The position numbers and the translations under genes were made by a program. The notes under the pieces are model-generated. The model made no database searches and had not been told where the DNA came from. It was given only the letters and a program-made list of their open reading frames with translations. 64,000 nucleotides of DNA, taken from the NCBI GenBank assembly GCA_015520045.1, contig WAQW01000018.1:16380-80379 (forward strand), written 5' to 3'. Source of the DNA: Thermoplasmata archaeon (GTDB taxonomy: Archaea; Thermoplasmatota; Thermoplasmata; Thermoplasmatales; Thermoplasmataceae). Each line of letters begins with the position of its first letter. Within the stretch, counting starts at the first letter, position 1. Below, one piece after another: positions 28,051 to 37,338 of the stretch.

Positions 28051-30936
28051 TCAAAAGTACGGGTCAAGGGAGTTGTGGTCATTACCGGAGCGGCTATTCT
28101 TCTTCTCGTAAATCTTTCTCAGGAGAGCCTCCATGGCACGTGAGAGAGATGTGTTCTCGAAGAAATTGTTACTCGGAGATGTGCTCTCAATGAGATAATC
28201 AACGAAAGAATCTGGATTCTTCTTAAACTTTATGAATGTTCGAATATGCTCATAGATTGCAGCTTCGGTTCGTGAGTTTGGGTATATACGTTTCAGCCTG
28301 TAATGATAATCACCAGTGTCTATCGCTCCCCTCAGTGCCACGTATCCCAGAGCGAGATCAATGTCATCCTCCGCTATTCCCTGCTGTTTCGCGAACATCT
28401 TTCTGTATATATAAAGCTGAGCATTAAAGTCGACATCATTCCTTTCATTCTTGCTCGTTTTATAATCCAATATGATATACTTCCCACTTTTCCTGAACTT
28501 GAAAACGGCATCTATTGTTCCAGTTATCTGCAGGGAATCGACATCCTTAAGATCGGGAAAGATATCTTTGAGAGGTAGCAATATTTTTTTCTCTGAATAT
28601 ATCTGGTCAGCGCCTTCCTCAATGATCTCCTTCCTGAGAGACTGTATGTTGTGTACCATTGCCTCCTCCCTCTCATTCAGTTTTCCAAGGGGCTCTCCGT
28701 AGTACAGCCGCTCGGCAATGCTATGAACCGAGGTACCAAAATCGAGTGCTGCATTGTATGTGGGCACGTTTATTATTTTCTCGATAAGATAGTTGAGTGG
28801 ATACTTTATGGCGCTTATGGAAGTAGGTGAAACAAGTTCAAGATGAGAGAAATGCCGTCTGATCTCCTTCAACAGCCAGTTTCCATCATCATTTAGAGCT
28901 TCAAGAGCTTCACTCACCTTTCCAGCTACGAAGAGAGAATAAGCCTCACTGAATGCGCTGCTGATGGACGGGCGACCAAAATCAATATCCACAACTCTAG
29001 ACCTGCAGACATTCGGAAATTCATAGTTTCTGCGGTAATCTTCTTTTATTACTATGCTGAGTGATTTCTTGGCTCGTGTGAAAGCCACAAAATCGACCCT
29101 GTTGCCCTCCTCCCTGAGCTCCGAAGACACATCCAGGCCTCGGGTGGATAGCACTATGATATTTGTCACAAAATCTATCATTCTGGGAGCTTTGCTGTTG
29201 CTGCTGGGAACATATACCACGTGTTGGAATTCCTTTCCTTTTGCCTTGTGAACCGTGGTCAGTATGATCCTTCCGGCTCCGGGTGAGGGATCATAGTTGA
29301 TATCCACAACCTCAATAAAATCCAACAGCTCATCCACATCGAGCGGGTCGTTAGTTCGTATGATCTCTCCCAGTGAATCGAAAATGACCTTCACGGTCAG
29401 GAAATAATCTCTACCCATAGGTACCGACGCAGGAAGGATTCTGGTACGGAACACGTTGATGAGACCTCCAGGATCATCAAGCTTTCGTTTCATCTCAAAG
29501 AAGGGTTCCATCTTCTTGAAAAGATCGGTTCCAAGAATGGATTTTAACCGCATTGCTGGTTTCACATCTGATGGCTTCACAGACATAACGTTATTTGATT
29601 CGGTATCACGTTTGTAGGATTTGTATCTGGAAGAGATCTTCATGGCCTCTGCTATACCTATCCCCGAGAAGGGTGTGAACAGGGCTTTGATCATTTCATA
29701 CTCATGATCCACCAGGAGACCCTTCAAAAAGATCTTGACATCATTCCTGGCCTCCTCGCTGGCAGAGGGGGGCGAATAGTTGGTGTACTCCACGCCTGAA
29801 TCATCAAGATATTTTGATACTTCATGTAGCTGAGCATTTGTCCTTGTGATTATAGCTATTGTACCTTTATCCTCTTTATCTGTGGATTCCAGTAATGTAG
29901 AGGCGATATTGGCGGCTGTTCTGACCGGATTGTTTGAAATAACAACTTCGGGAGGATCACCTTGGCCGTTCTCGGAACTCGGAGTGAAATTCTCCAGCTC
30001 CTCTCTGAAGATATCATTCTGGGTAACGTGCTTGAAGTATTCCTTCGCATAGTTGATTATCTGCTCTGTGCTGCGCCAGTTAAGTCCAAGAATCTTTTTT
30101 ACGTATGTCTGATCAGATGCGAACCTCTCGAACACAGAAAGAGTTCCGCCCTGGAAGCCAAAAATGGATTGTTTCCTATCACCAACAAGAAACTTAACCT
30201 CACCCACCTCCTCGATTATGCGTGCCTGAATGTCGTTAACATCCTGTAACTCATCCACAAAGATGTATGGGTATTTCCTCCGCCGGGAAGGGGGGATGTC
30301 GAGGTACCTGAGGAGAAGGTCATTGAAGTCAAAAAACCTCCCTTCTTTAAGTTTCTCATAATCTCTGTAAGCCTCCAAGAAAAACTCAACCAGTTTTGCG
30401 AAGGCGCTGTCCGAGAGTTTGGTGGAGCGGTAATCTGGATTTTTTGAGCCCGTCTCCAGAACTTTTTGCTCTTCCACCATATCCGGGAGCACACCGAAGC
30501 TCTTAACGTACCTGATAGCATTCTCCAGCTTTGGGACCATCTCACTAATTACATATGATCTTCTATAGGTAAAGGGATTATGTCTGTGGATAGTCCTCAA
30601 AATCGAGAAACGAAGGAGGTTAGAGGAATTTATGATTTTTGCGAAGTCCTCATGTTCCCTTAGCTGGCGGTACGCAAAACTGTGAAAGGTACTGACCTCA
30701 ACCTCATTCGCTATGCGCAGGTCGACACCCATAACACTGCATTTTTTTCTGATCGCAGAGAGCATTTCCTCGGATGCCTTCACAGTAAAGGTTAGACAGA
30801 GAATATCGGTCGGTTTCACCCCTTCCTTAAGAAGAGAAGCTACACGTTCAGCTATTTTAGTTGTTTTGCCCGTTCCGGGGTTTGCGATAACGATCTCAGA
30901 CTCACGATGCGGACCCTGGGTGTTCTCATCATGCAT
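28051..30936 (-). CDS. SF1A UvrD/REP helicase fused to a C-terminal RecB-family PD-(D/E)XK nuclease
   Basis: Helicase motifs ANPGTGKT, LTFT, TFHSF, VDELQD, GDRKQSIFGFQG, NWRS, TVHKAKGKEF and VAFTRAK; nuclease motifs FGT.VH, GTIDAV, ILDYKT and QLYIY. Confidence 0.92.
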   Translation of the reverse strand: MHDENTQGPHRESEIVIANPGTGKTTKIAERVASLLKEGVKPTDILCLTFTVKASEEMLSAIRKKCSVMGVDLRIANEVEVSTFHSFAYRQLREHEDFAKIINSSNLLRFSILRTIHRHNPFTYRRSYVISEMVPKLENAIRYVKSFGVLPDMVEEQKVLETGSKNPDYRSTKLSDSAFAKLVEFFLEAYRDYEKLKEGRFFDFNDLLLRYLDIPPSRRRKYPYIFVDELQDVNDIQARIIEEVGEVKFLVGDRKQSIFGFQGGTLSVFERFASDQTYVKKILGLNWRSTEQIINYAKEYFKHVTQNDIFREELENFTPSSENGQGDPPEVVISNNPVRTAANIASTLLESTDKEDKGTIAIITRTNAQLHEVSKYLDDSGVEYTNYSPPSASEEARNDVKIFLKGLLVDHEYEMIKALFTPFSGIGIAEAMKISSRYKSYKRDTESNNVMSVKPSDVKPAMRLKSILGTDLFKKMEPFFEMKRKLDDPGGLINVFRTRILPASVPMGRDYFLTVKVIFDSLGEIIRTNDPLDVDELLDFIEVVDINYDPSPGAGRIILTTVHKAKGKEFQHVVYVPSSNSKAPRMIDFVTNIIVLSTRGLDVSSELREEGNRVDFVAFTRAKKSLSIVIKEDYRRNYEFPNVCRSRVVDIDFGRPSISSAFSEAYSLFVAGKVSEALEALNDDGNWLLKEIRRHFSHLELVSPTSISAIKYPLNYLIEKIINVPTYNAALDFGTSVHSIAERLYYGEPLGKLNEREEAMVHNIQSLRKEIIEEGADQIYSEKKILLPLKDIFPDLKDVDSLQITGTIDAVFKFRKSGKYIILDYKTSKNERNDVDFNAQLYIYRKMFAKQQGIAEDDIDLALGYVALRGAIDTGDYHYRLKRIYPNSRTEAAIYEHIRTFIKFKKNPDSFVDYLIESTSPSNNFFENTSLSRAMEALLRKIYEKKNSRSGNDHNSLDPYF

Positions 30937-31132
30937 GCGATTATGATACCTATAATGAATAAATTAGTTTCCACATCATTAACACTACGGGAAACCGAGT
31001 GAGTGTGTAACTCGAATGGGGTTTGCTGAAATAATCCGTTAACAGATTCCTGCAGTTTACCACCAATCGTGAGGAACAGTAGTTCTATAACATGGTAGTA
31101 AAATGTTTATAGATGCCTGAATTGCTCAGTGG

Positions 31133-33139
31133 ATGAGTCAGGCCGTTGAGATCGATATACGAAAGGGGCAAAAGTTTTCGGATGCCATAAGAGATCATGA
31201 TGTTATCGTAGCGAAGTTCAAGGGAAAACTCTATGACCTGGATTCTACGGCTCCGGAAGATGGAGTTTTTATTCCTGTGAAGCTCAGAGATGAGGAGGGT
31301 CTAACCGTTCTCAGGCATTCAGCGGCTCATCTGCTGGCCCATGCTGTTACTTCGCTGTATAAAGGAGCACTCCCCAACACAGGCCCTCCCACCGAGGACG
31401 GTTTCTACTACGACATTAAGATGGATCCTATAAGTTCCGACGAACTCCCAAAAATAGAAAAAAAGATGAAAGAGATAGCCTCAAAAAATCTAAAGATAGA
31501 GAGGCTGGAATATGATAAGGATACCCTGGTGAAGATTTTTTCTGGTAATAGATTCAAGCTTAACATAATAGAGGAAAAGGTTCCCGACGGATCCACATCA
31601 ACCGTTTACAGACAGGGTGATTTCGTGGATCTCTGCACCGGCCCCCACGTTCCCTCGACCTCTTATCTGAAAGCGGTTAAACTCCTTTCTCTTGCATCCA
31701 CCAACTACAGGGGAGATATAAATGGAGAACCTCTTGTGCGAATTTACGGCACTGCTTTCCCGGATCAAAAATCCTTGAACGAATATCTCAGAATGAGAGA
31801 GGAAGCCATGAAGCGTGATCACAGAAAGATAGGGCAGGAAATGGATCTATTCATATTCGATTCTGAACGTGCACCAGGCTTTCCGCTTTACACCCCCTAT
31901 GGAACTATTCTTAGGAATTCCCTCGTTGGATACATGCGAGAATTGAACAGAGAAAATGGATGGTCAGAGGTTTACACCCCTCACATCTTCAGAGATTCTA
32001 TGTGGAAAAAGTCAGGTCATTACGCAAAATACAGAGAGAGCATGTACACATTTCAAATGGATGATGGTACCGGCTATGCCATAAAACCCATGAACTGTCC
32101 CGGACATGTCACAATCTTTGAGAGAGAGCAGCACAGTTTCAGGGATCTTCCGGTAAGATACTCTGAGCCCGGTACGGTATATAGATACGAGAAATCTGGC
32201 GAGGTGGGGGGCCTCACGAGACCGAGGATGTTTACCATAGATGATGGCCACGCTTTCGTTAGAGAAGATCAGATAGTGAGTGAAGTTACGGCCATACTGG
32301 GCATGATCCAAAAGACTTTCACGGATCTTTTTGGAAAAGCGGATCTGACATATGAGTTGAGCGTCATTGACAAGGATGATCTTGACAATTATCTCATAAC
32401 ATACAGATGTTCCAGATGCCAGACAGAGATAGAGTCGAGAAAAACCTCTCAGGACCATCTCATCTGCCCGAATTGCGGATCGACGGACCTCAAACCGGAT
32501 CTTGACCGATGGGATGCAGCGACATCTGCACTGAGAAATGCCCTACAGTCACAGGGGGTTGACTTCAAAGAATTTGAAGGTGAGGCTGCATTCTACGGAC
32601 CGAAAATAGATGTGCATCTCAGGGATGCGCTGGGGCGATCGTGGCAGCTCTCGACTGTGCAGGTCGACTTCAATCTACCTCTGAATTTCGATTTAACCTA
32701 TATTGACAGCGGAGGGGAAAGAAAGCACGTAGTTATGATCCACAGAGCCATATATGGTAGCTATGAAAGGATCATGGCGATCCTGCTGGAACATTACGCC
32801 GGAAAACTTCCAACCTGGCTCTCTCCCATTCAGGTATACATTACACCTGTGAGTGATCGATTCCTCCCGTACACGGAGAAGGTACATGAAAAATTACTTG
32901 CCAGTGGAATAAGGTCATTCCTCGACTACTCGAAGGAAACCGTCAACAAAAAGATAAGGATGAACAGAAAAAAGAGACCAAGTTACATAGTCATCATCGG
33001 TGAGAAGGAAGTGGCGAACTCATCGGTGAGTGTGAGAAACAGAAGAGGAGATGTAAAGGCCATGGCACTGGATGAATTCATCAATATGCTGAGAGCTGAG
33101 ATATCTCACAAAAGGGTTGAGCAGCCAGAGTTCCAGTGA
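31133..33139 (+). CDS. thrS: Threonine--tRNA ligase (bacterial type)
   Basis: HSAAHLLA and DLCTGPH editing domain, RDHRKIG, KPMNCPGH, GEAAFYGPKID and MIHRA.YGS.ER. Confidence 0.98.
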   Translation: MSQAVEIDIRKGQKFSDAIRDHDVIVAKFKGKLYDLDSTAPEDGVFIPVKLRDEEGLTVLRHSAAHLLAHAVTSLYKGALPNTGPPTEDGFYYDIKMDPISSDELPKIEKKMKEIASKNLKIERLEYDKDTLVKIFSGNRFKLNIIEEKVPDGSTSTVYRQGDFVDLCTGPHVPSTSYLKAVKLLSLASTNYRGDINGEPLVRIYGTAFPDQKSLNEYLRMREEAMKRDHRKIGQEMDLFIFDSERAPGFPLYTPYGTILRNSLVGYMRELNRENGWSEVYTPHIFRDSMWKKSGHYAKYRESMYTFQMDDGTGYAIKPMNCPGHVTIFEREQHSFRDLPVRYSEPGTVYRYEKSGEVGGLTRPRMFTIDDGHAFVREDQIVSEVTAILGMIQKTFTDLFGKADLTYELSVIDKDDLDNYLITYRCSRCQTEIESRKTSQDHLICPNCGSTDLKPDLDRWDAATSALRNALQSQGVDFKEFEGEAAFYGPKIDVHLRDALGRSWQLSTVQVDFNLPLNFDLTYIDSGGERKHVVMIHRAIYGSYERIMAILLEHYAGKLPTWLSPIQVYITPVSDRFLPYTEKVHEKLLASGIRSFLDYSKETVNKKIRMNRKKRPSYIVIIGEKEVANSSVSVRNRRGDVKAMALDEFINMLRAEISHKRVEQPEFQ

Positions 33140-33156
33140 TCCAATAAATGAAAATA

Positions 33157-34212
33157 TCAGGAGCTCTTCTTGGCTCCCCCTGAACCCTTTTTGCGTTTTT
33201 TGATCTCATCGATCATTATTGGTATTGCCTTGTAAAGATCTGCATTTATGAAGTAGTCTGAGTATTTGGCTATCCCGGCATCCGGATCGTTGTTTATGGA
33301 GATTATGGTCTCAGAGGCTTTCATACCAACCACATGCTGAATCTTTCCTGATATTCCGGCTGCCACATACAGTTTGGCCCTGACGGTCTGACCTGTCTGA
33401 CCCACCTGATGATCGTAGGGGATCCATCCAAGATCCACAACCGGTCTCGAGGCACCAACGTCACCTCCGAGAACATCTGCCAGCTCTCTGATCAGTTTAA
33501 AACCATCCGGCTTTCCGAGGCCAAGACCACCCGATACGATTATATCGCTCTTGGTCAGATCAAGTTTCTCCTTGGGTTTTCTGCTGACAATCCTGTGTTT
33601 CAGGTACTTTTCGTCCAGCTTTACCTTTTCTATCCTGACCTCACATTTCCTGCCAGGAATTTTCTCAGGAACAGGATAACTACCGGGTCTCGAGCTCACA
33701 GTCTGAGGGCGGTGTTTTCTGCACAGGATCTGGTTTATCGTTTTGTCACCAAATGCTGGCCTCCATGATATCAAGAGGCGCTGCTTTGGTTCGACATCCA
33801 GTTCAACACAGTCTGCAGCCACACCGGTCCTCACACGAACGGCGATTCTCGAAACAAGATCTCTCCCTTCCCTGGTACCGGAAATCAAAAGAATGTTGGG
33901 TTTGTACTTCTCAATGAAGTCCGTGATCTTATGAGCGTACGGGATGCTCCTGAAATACCGGTGCTCGGGAGACTCCGCGCCAAGGAAAATATCACACCCG
34001 TACGTTCCGGCCTCCTCGGCGATTGGTGAGAGATTATCTCCCAGAGACACACATATAACCTTCTCGTTGACCTTGTCCGCAATGACTCTGGCCCTCCCGA
34101 TCATTTCCAGAGATCCTCTCACGATCGAGCCGTTTCTGTGCTCAACGTAGACCATTACGTTTTTGTACTCTTCAATGTTTTCAGGCGGAACACAGTTAAT
34201 GAGTTTTGACAT
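33157..34212 (-). CDS. fixB: Electron transfer flavoprotein alpha (FixB/EtfA)
   Basis: RPAFG, VSGGLG, VGASRPVVD, QVGQTG and GISGKIQH..GM. Confidence 0.94.
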   Translation of the reverse strand: MSKLINCVPPENIEEYKNVMVYVEHRNGSIVRGSLEMIGRARVIADKVNEKVICVSLGDNLSPIAEEAGTYGCDIFLGAESPEHRYFRSIPYAHKITDFIEKYKPNILLISGTREGRDLVSRIAVRVRTGVAADCVELDVEPKQRLLISWRPAFGDKTINQILCRKHRPQTVSSRPGSYPVPEKIPGRKCEVRIEKVKLDEKYLKHRIVSRKPKEKLDLTKSDIIVSGGLGLGKPDGFKLIRELADVLGGDVGASRPVVDLGWIPYDHQVGQTGQTVRAKLYVAAGISGKIQHVVGMKASETIISINNDPDAGIAKYSDYFINADLYKAIPIMIDEIKKRKKGSGGAKKSS

Positions 34213-35012
34213 TACGCTCCATCCTCCCTTTTAATGATTCCCTTTTCAAAAAGCTCATCAATCATCTCGGGAATCTGTTCCAGCGAAATCTTCTTGGATG
34301 CCCTCTTTTTTTCCTCTGGAACCTTTACAGCACCGACAATGGTGGGGCTCCCCCTTATCCCGATCCAATCAGGAGGGAGACCAAGAGTCTCATGATCCCA
34401 CCTCTCTATTCCCTTCTTTATTGCATCGATCTTGCGTCTGAGAGTGGCCCTTCTCGGAATGTTTGCACCGGTTAAGACAGTTACAAGAACCGGGAAAGGG
34501 ACCTCCACAACCTCGTCCGCATCTTCGAGAATCCTCTTCACTCTGATCTTGTCGTCAACAACCTCCGCAGATTCCGCATATGTGACCTGATCAATATCGA
34601 GAAATTCAGCAACCCCAGGACCCACATGCCCTGTTCCTGAATCGGTTGTGCTCTCACCAGCAAGAATGATGTCATACTTTCCAATCTTATCGATTGTCGC
34701 AGCCAGGGTAAGAGATGTTGCATAGGTATCAGCCGCGGCAAAGGCTCTATCAGTTATGAGGATGCCACGATCGGCCCCCCTTCCCATACATTCAATTATG
34801 GCTTCCTCGGCCTGCGGAGGACCCATTGAGATGACTGTTACCTCAGCACCCACCTTATCTTTAATCTGCAGTGCGATCTCGAGTGCATTCTCATCGGGTA
34901 TGTTGATAACACCTCTAGCTGCTGTTCTGTTAAGCGTATATGTGACAGGATCTATGAATATCTCCTCGGCATCCGGAACCTGTTTCATCATAACTATGAT
35001 CTTTAATGTCAT
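34212..35012 (-). CDS. fixA: Electron transfer flavoprotein beta (FixA/EtfB)
   Basis: KQVPD, DENALE, SMGPP, GAD, DRAFAAADT and GSPT.V. Confidence 0.94.
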   Translation of the reverse strand: MTLKIIVMMKQVPDAEEIFIDPVTYTLNRTAARGVINIPDENALEIALQIKDKVGAEVTVISMGPPQAEEAIIECMGRGADRGILITDRAFAAADTYATSLTLAATIDKIGKYDIILAGESTTDSGTGHVGPGVAEFLDIDQVTYAESAEVVDDKIRVKRILEDADEVVEVPFPVLVTVLTGANIPRRATLRRKIDAIKKGIERWDHETLGLPPDWIGIRGSPTIVGAVKVPEEKKRASKKISLEQIPEMIDELFEKGIIKREDGA

Positions 35013-35021
35013 TATCTCACC

Positions 35022-35294
35022 TCATCCATATTTATATTTGATTCCGTGTCCACCCTTTGGGTTTGTCCACTTAACACTACCATGCGAACAGGCAAAGAAA
35101 CAAGTTCCGCATTCAACGCAGTCTTCGTACTTGAAGTTGATCTTATTGTCTATTACTGTGTAACAGTGCGCCGGACAGGCGAACGTGCAAAATCTGTCCG
35201 GACAGGTCTCACAGATGACGGGATCTATTGTTATGTGAGCATAACTTTTGTCGGTTTTGTAATTTAAAACTCCGAGTTTTTCTTCAATTTCCAT
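35022..35294 (-). CDS. fixX: FixX-type ferredoxin
   Basis: HI.I...CETC...C...CPA.CY, CVECGTC and W..PKGG.GI.Y.YG. Confidence 0.94.
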   Translation of the reverse strand: MEIEEKLGVLNYKTDKSYAHITIDPVICETCPDRFCTFACPAHCYTVIDNKINFKYEDCVECGTCFFACSHGSVKWTNPKGGHGIKYKYG

Positions 35295-35295
35295 A

Positions 35296-36591
35296 TTACA
35301 TCCTCCTCATCATTCTGTACGCCTCAAGAGCGAGACTGGTCTTATTGTGGCCAGACTCAGAAACAGATCTCAACAGAAGCTCCAGTATGTGTTTTTTCGG
35401 AAGTCCATCCTCCAGATTGAGCCTGAATAGAAAACGCTCGAGGATGTCCGGGATCGTACGATGCGCCATCGAGCTCCACGTGGAGTTTTCGATCCCCTTG
35501 AAGGTTCTGAGATCCTTCAAAACATAGGACTCTTCAAGTTTTTTCTGATAATCAGAAAGCGCTTTGGCAGTATAATTACCCTTTTCCTTCGCTTCTATGA
35601 ATGTATCAGCAGCAGCGATTCCAGAGGCAATGGCGTAATTCATACCCTGAATGACCAATCCGTTGCTAAAACTGAATCCGGCGGCGTCTCCGGCGATCAT
35701 GTAACCATCTCCATATAACTTCGGGACGGACGACAGGCCACCCTCAACCACGAGATGGGCACTGTATTCCTCCAGTCTCCCACCCTCAACCAGCCTCGCA
35801 ATGGACGGATGCTGAACAAACTCTTCCATTATATCGTAAGAGTGCATCTGCCCGTAGTTCCTAAGATGAGAAGGGGACACAACTACTCCAACTGAAAGAG
35901 TGTTTTTATTTGTGTAGAGGAAACCCCCAGCCTCAACACCATCCGGAAGATAGCCAAGTACGTACTCTCCAGCAAAACCTTCGTTTCCGGAGAGATTGAA
36001 GCGTTCGTTGATTTTATCCTCCGGAATCTTGTAAATCTGTTTGACGCCAATGGCAACATCACGGTCGCCTATGGGTTTTCTTAAACCTGAATCTATTGCA
36101 ACGCGAGGATTTGCGCCCTCAGCAAGTATCACAGTATCTGATGTTATCGTATCTCCATCTTGCTCTATTCCTATTATTTTACCATCCTTCCTTGCTACGC
36201 TGTCTACGGTCACACCTCCTATAACCATAGCACCCTCTTCTTTAGCTTTTTTCGCAAGAGCGAGATCCATCTTGACACGCAGCACAGAGTAACCGGTTCT
36301 ATTCGTAAGGAACTTCCTAGACGAAAAATCGAGCGAAATAGCTGAATCTTTAGTCAGAAATGTTGTTCCCTTCCTGGTTATCAGCCGTTCCACTGGAATG
36401 ATCTTCTCCCAATCCGGAATAATTTTACCGAGATCATTTCCCCAGAGAACACCACCCGAAACATTTTTACTTCCGGGAGGATCAGCCCGGTCCACAAGCA
36501 AAACATTAACCTTATTCTGAGCAAGCCTTATGGCAGCAGATGTCCCAGCCGGCCCGCCCCCCACTACAATGACATCGAATTCGCTCATCAT
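35296..36591 (-). CDS. fixC: ETF-quinone oxidoreductase FixC
   Basis: GGGPAG, GSKNVSGG, YSVLR, GVK, GGFLYTN, EYSAHLV.EGG and GDAAG. Confidence 0.93.
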   Translation of the reverse strand: MMSEFDVIVVGGGPAGTSAAIRLAQNKVNVLLVDRADPPGSKNVSGGVLWGNDLGKIIPDWEKIIPVERLITRKGTTFLTKDSAISLDFSSRKFLTNRTGYSVLRVKMDLALAKKAKEEGAMVIGGVTVDSVARKDGKIIGIEQDGDTITSDTVILAEGANPRVAIDSGLRKPIGDRDVAIGVKQIYKIPEDKINERFNLSGNEGFAGEYVLGYLPDGVEAGGFLYTNKNTLSVGVVVSPSHLRNYGQMHSYDIMEEFVQHPSIARLVEGGRLEEYSAHLVVEGGLSSVPKLYGDGYMIAGDAAGFSFSNGLVIQGMNYAIASGIAAADTFIEAKEKGNYTAKALSDYQKKLEESYVLKDLRTFKGIENSTWSSMAHRTIPDILERFLFRLNLEDGLPKKHILELLLRSVSESGHNKTSLALEAYRMMRRM

Positions 36592-36681
36592 ACCGTAATT
36601 CTACCACCAATAAAACAATTATTGCTTATACCTTTGAGAGATAACATTTTGTAAGATCCTTAAATCACCAACAAGATTGGG

Positions 36682-37338
36682 TTGACTGTAAACCACACAG
36701 ATATTTACAATGTTATGTACGAGAGATACGGTGATCTTAACTGGTGGCCTGCCGACACCGCCGACGAGGTGATAATCGGAGCTATGCTGACACAAAACAC
36801 ATCATGGAAGAATGTGGAGAAATGCATGGAAAGGCTTAGATCCGAAAAACTCAACACGCTTAAGGCCATAAGCGGCGCCTCTTTGCATACAATATCTGAA
36901 AACATTAGGAGTTCCGGATTCTACAACCAGAAGGCGCAGAGGCTTAAAATGATCTCAGTTTCCATTGTCCGGGTTTACGGATCTCTGGAAAGTATGTGCA
37001 ATAAAAACTCAGAAGAGTTGGAGAAATTTCTTTTATCCCTCAGAGGTGTTGGTCCTGAGACCATGGAGTCGATAATGCTATATGCCTGTGAAAAACCCTT
37101 TTTCGTAGTGGACAAATACACAGTGAGAATACTCGGGAGGATAGGTTTCCCTGATATTGAAAGAGGAACTCTAAGATCGCTGGTAGAAGCTGAATTTCAC
37201 GGGGATCTTAAGAAACTCAAAAACTACCATGCAATGTTCGTGGAAACTGGGAAGAATTACTGTAGAAAGGTACCCGATTGTGATGGATGTCCCCTCAACA
37301 TGGTTTGCAGCTATTCAATGGAGCGGAGATTACCGTAG
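36682..37338 (+). CDS. Endonuclease III-like HhH-GPD glycosylase
   Basis: WWP, GA.LTQNTSW.NV, SGFYNQKA, GVGPET and C-X6-C-X2-C-X5-C Fe-S motif. Confidence 0.9.
   Translation: MTVNHTDIYNVMYERYGDLNWWPADTADEVIIGAMLTQNTSWKNVEKCMERLRSEKLNTLKAISGASLHTISENIRSSGFYNQKAQRLKMISVSIVRVYGSLESMCNKNSEELEKFLLSLRGVGPETMESIMLYACEKPFFVVDKYTVRILGRIGFPDIERGTLRSLVEAEFHGDLKKLKNYHAMFVETGKNYCRKVPDCDGCPLNMVCSYSMERRLP

Noticed and set aside
37311..37338. 28-nt convergent overlap between endoIII and aIF2g
   Set aside because: Short tail-to-tail overlaps are ordinary in compact archaeal genomes.
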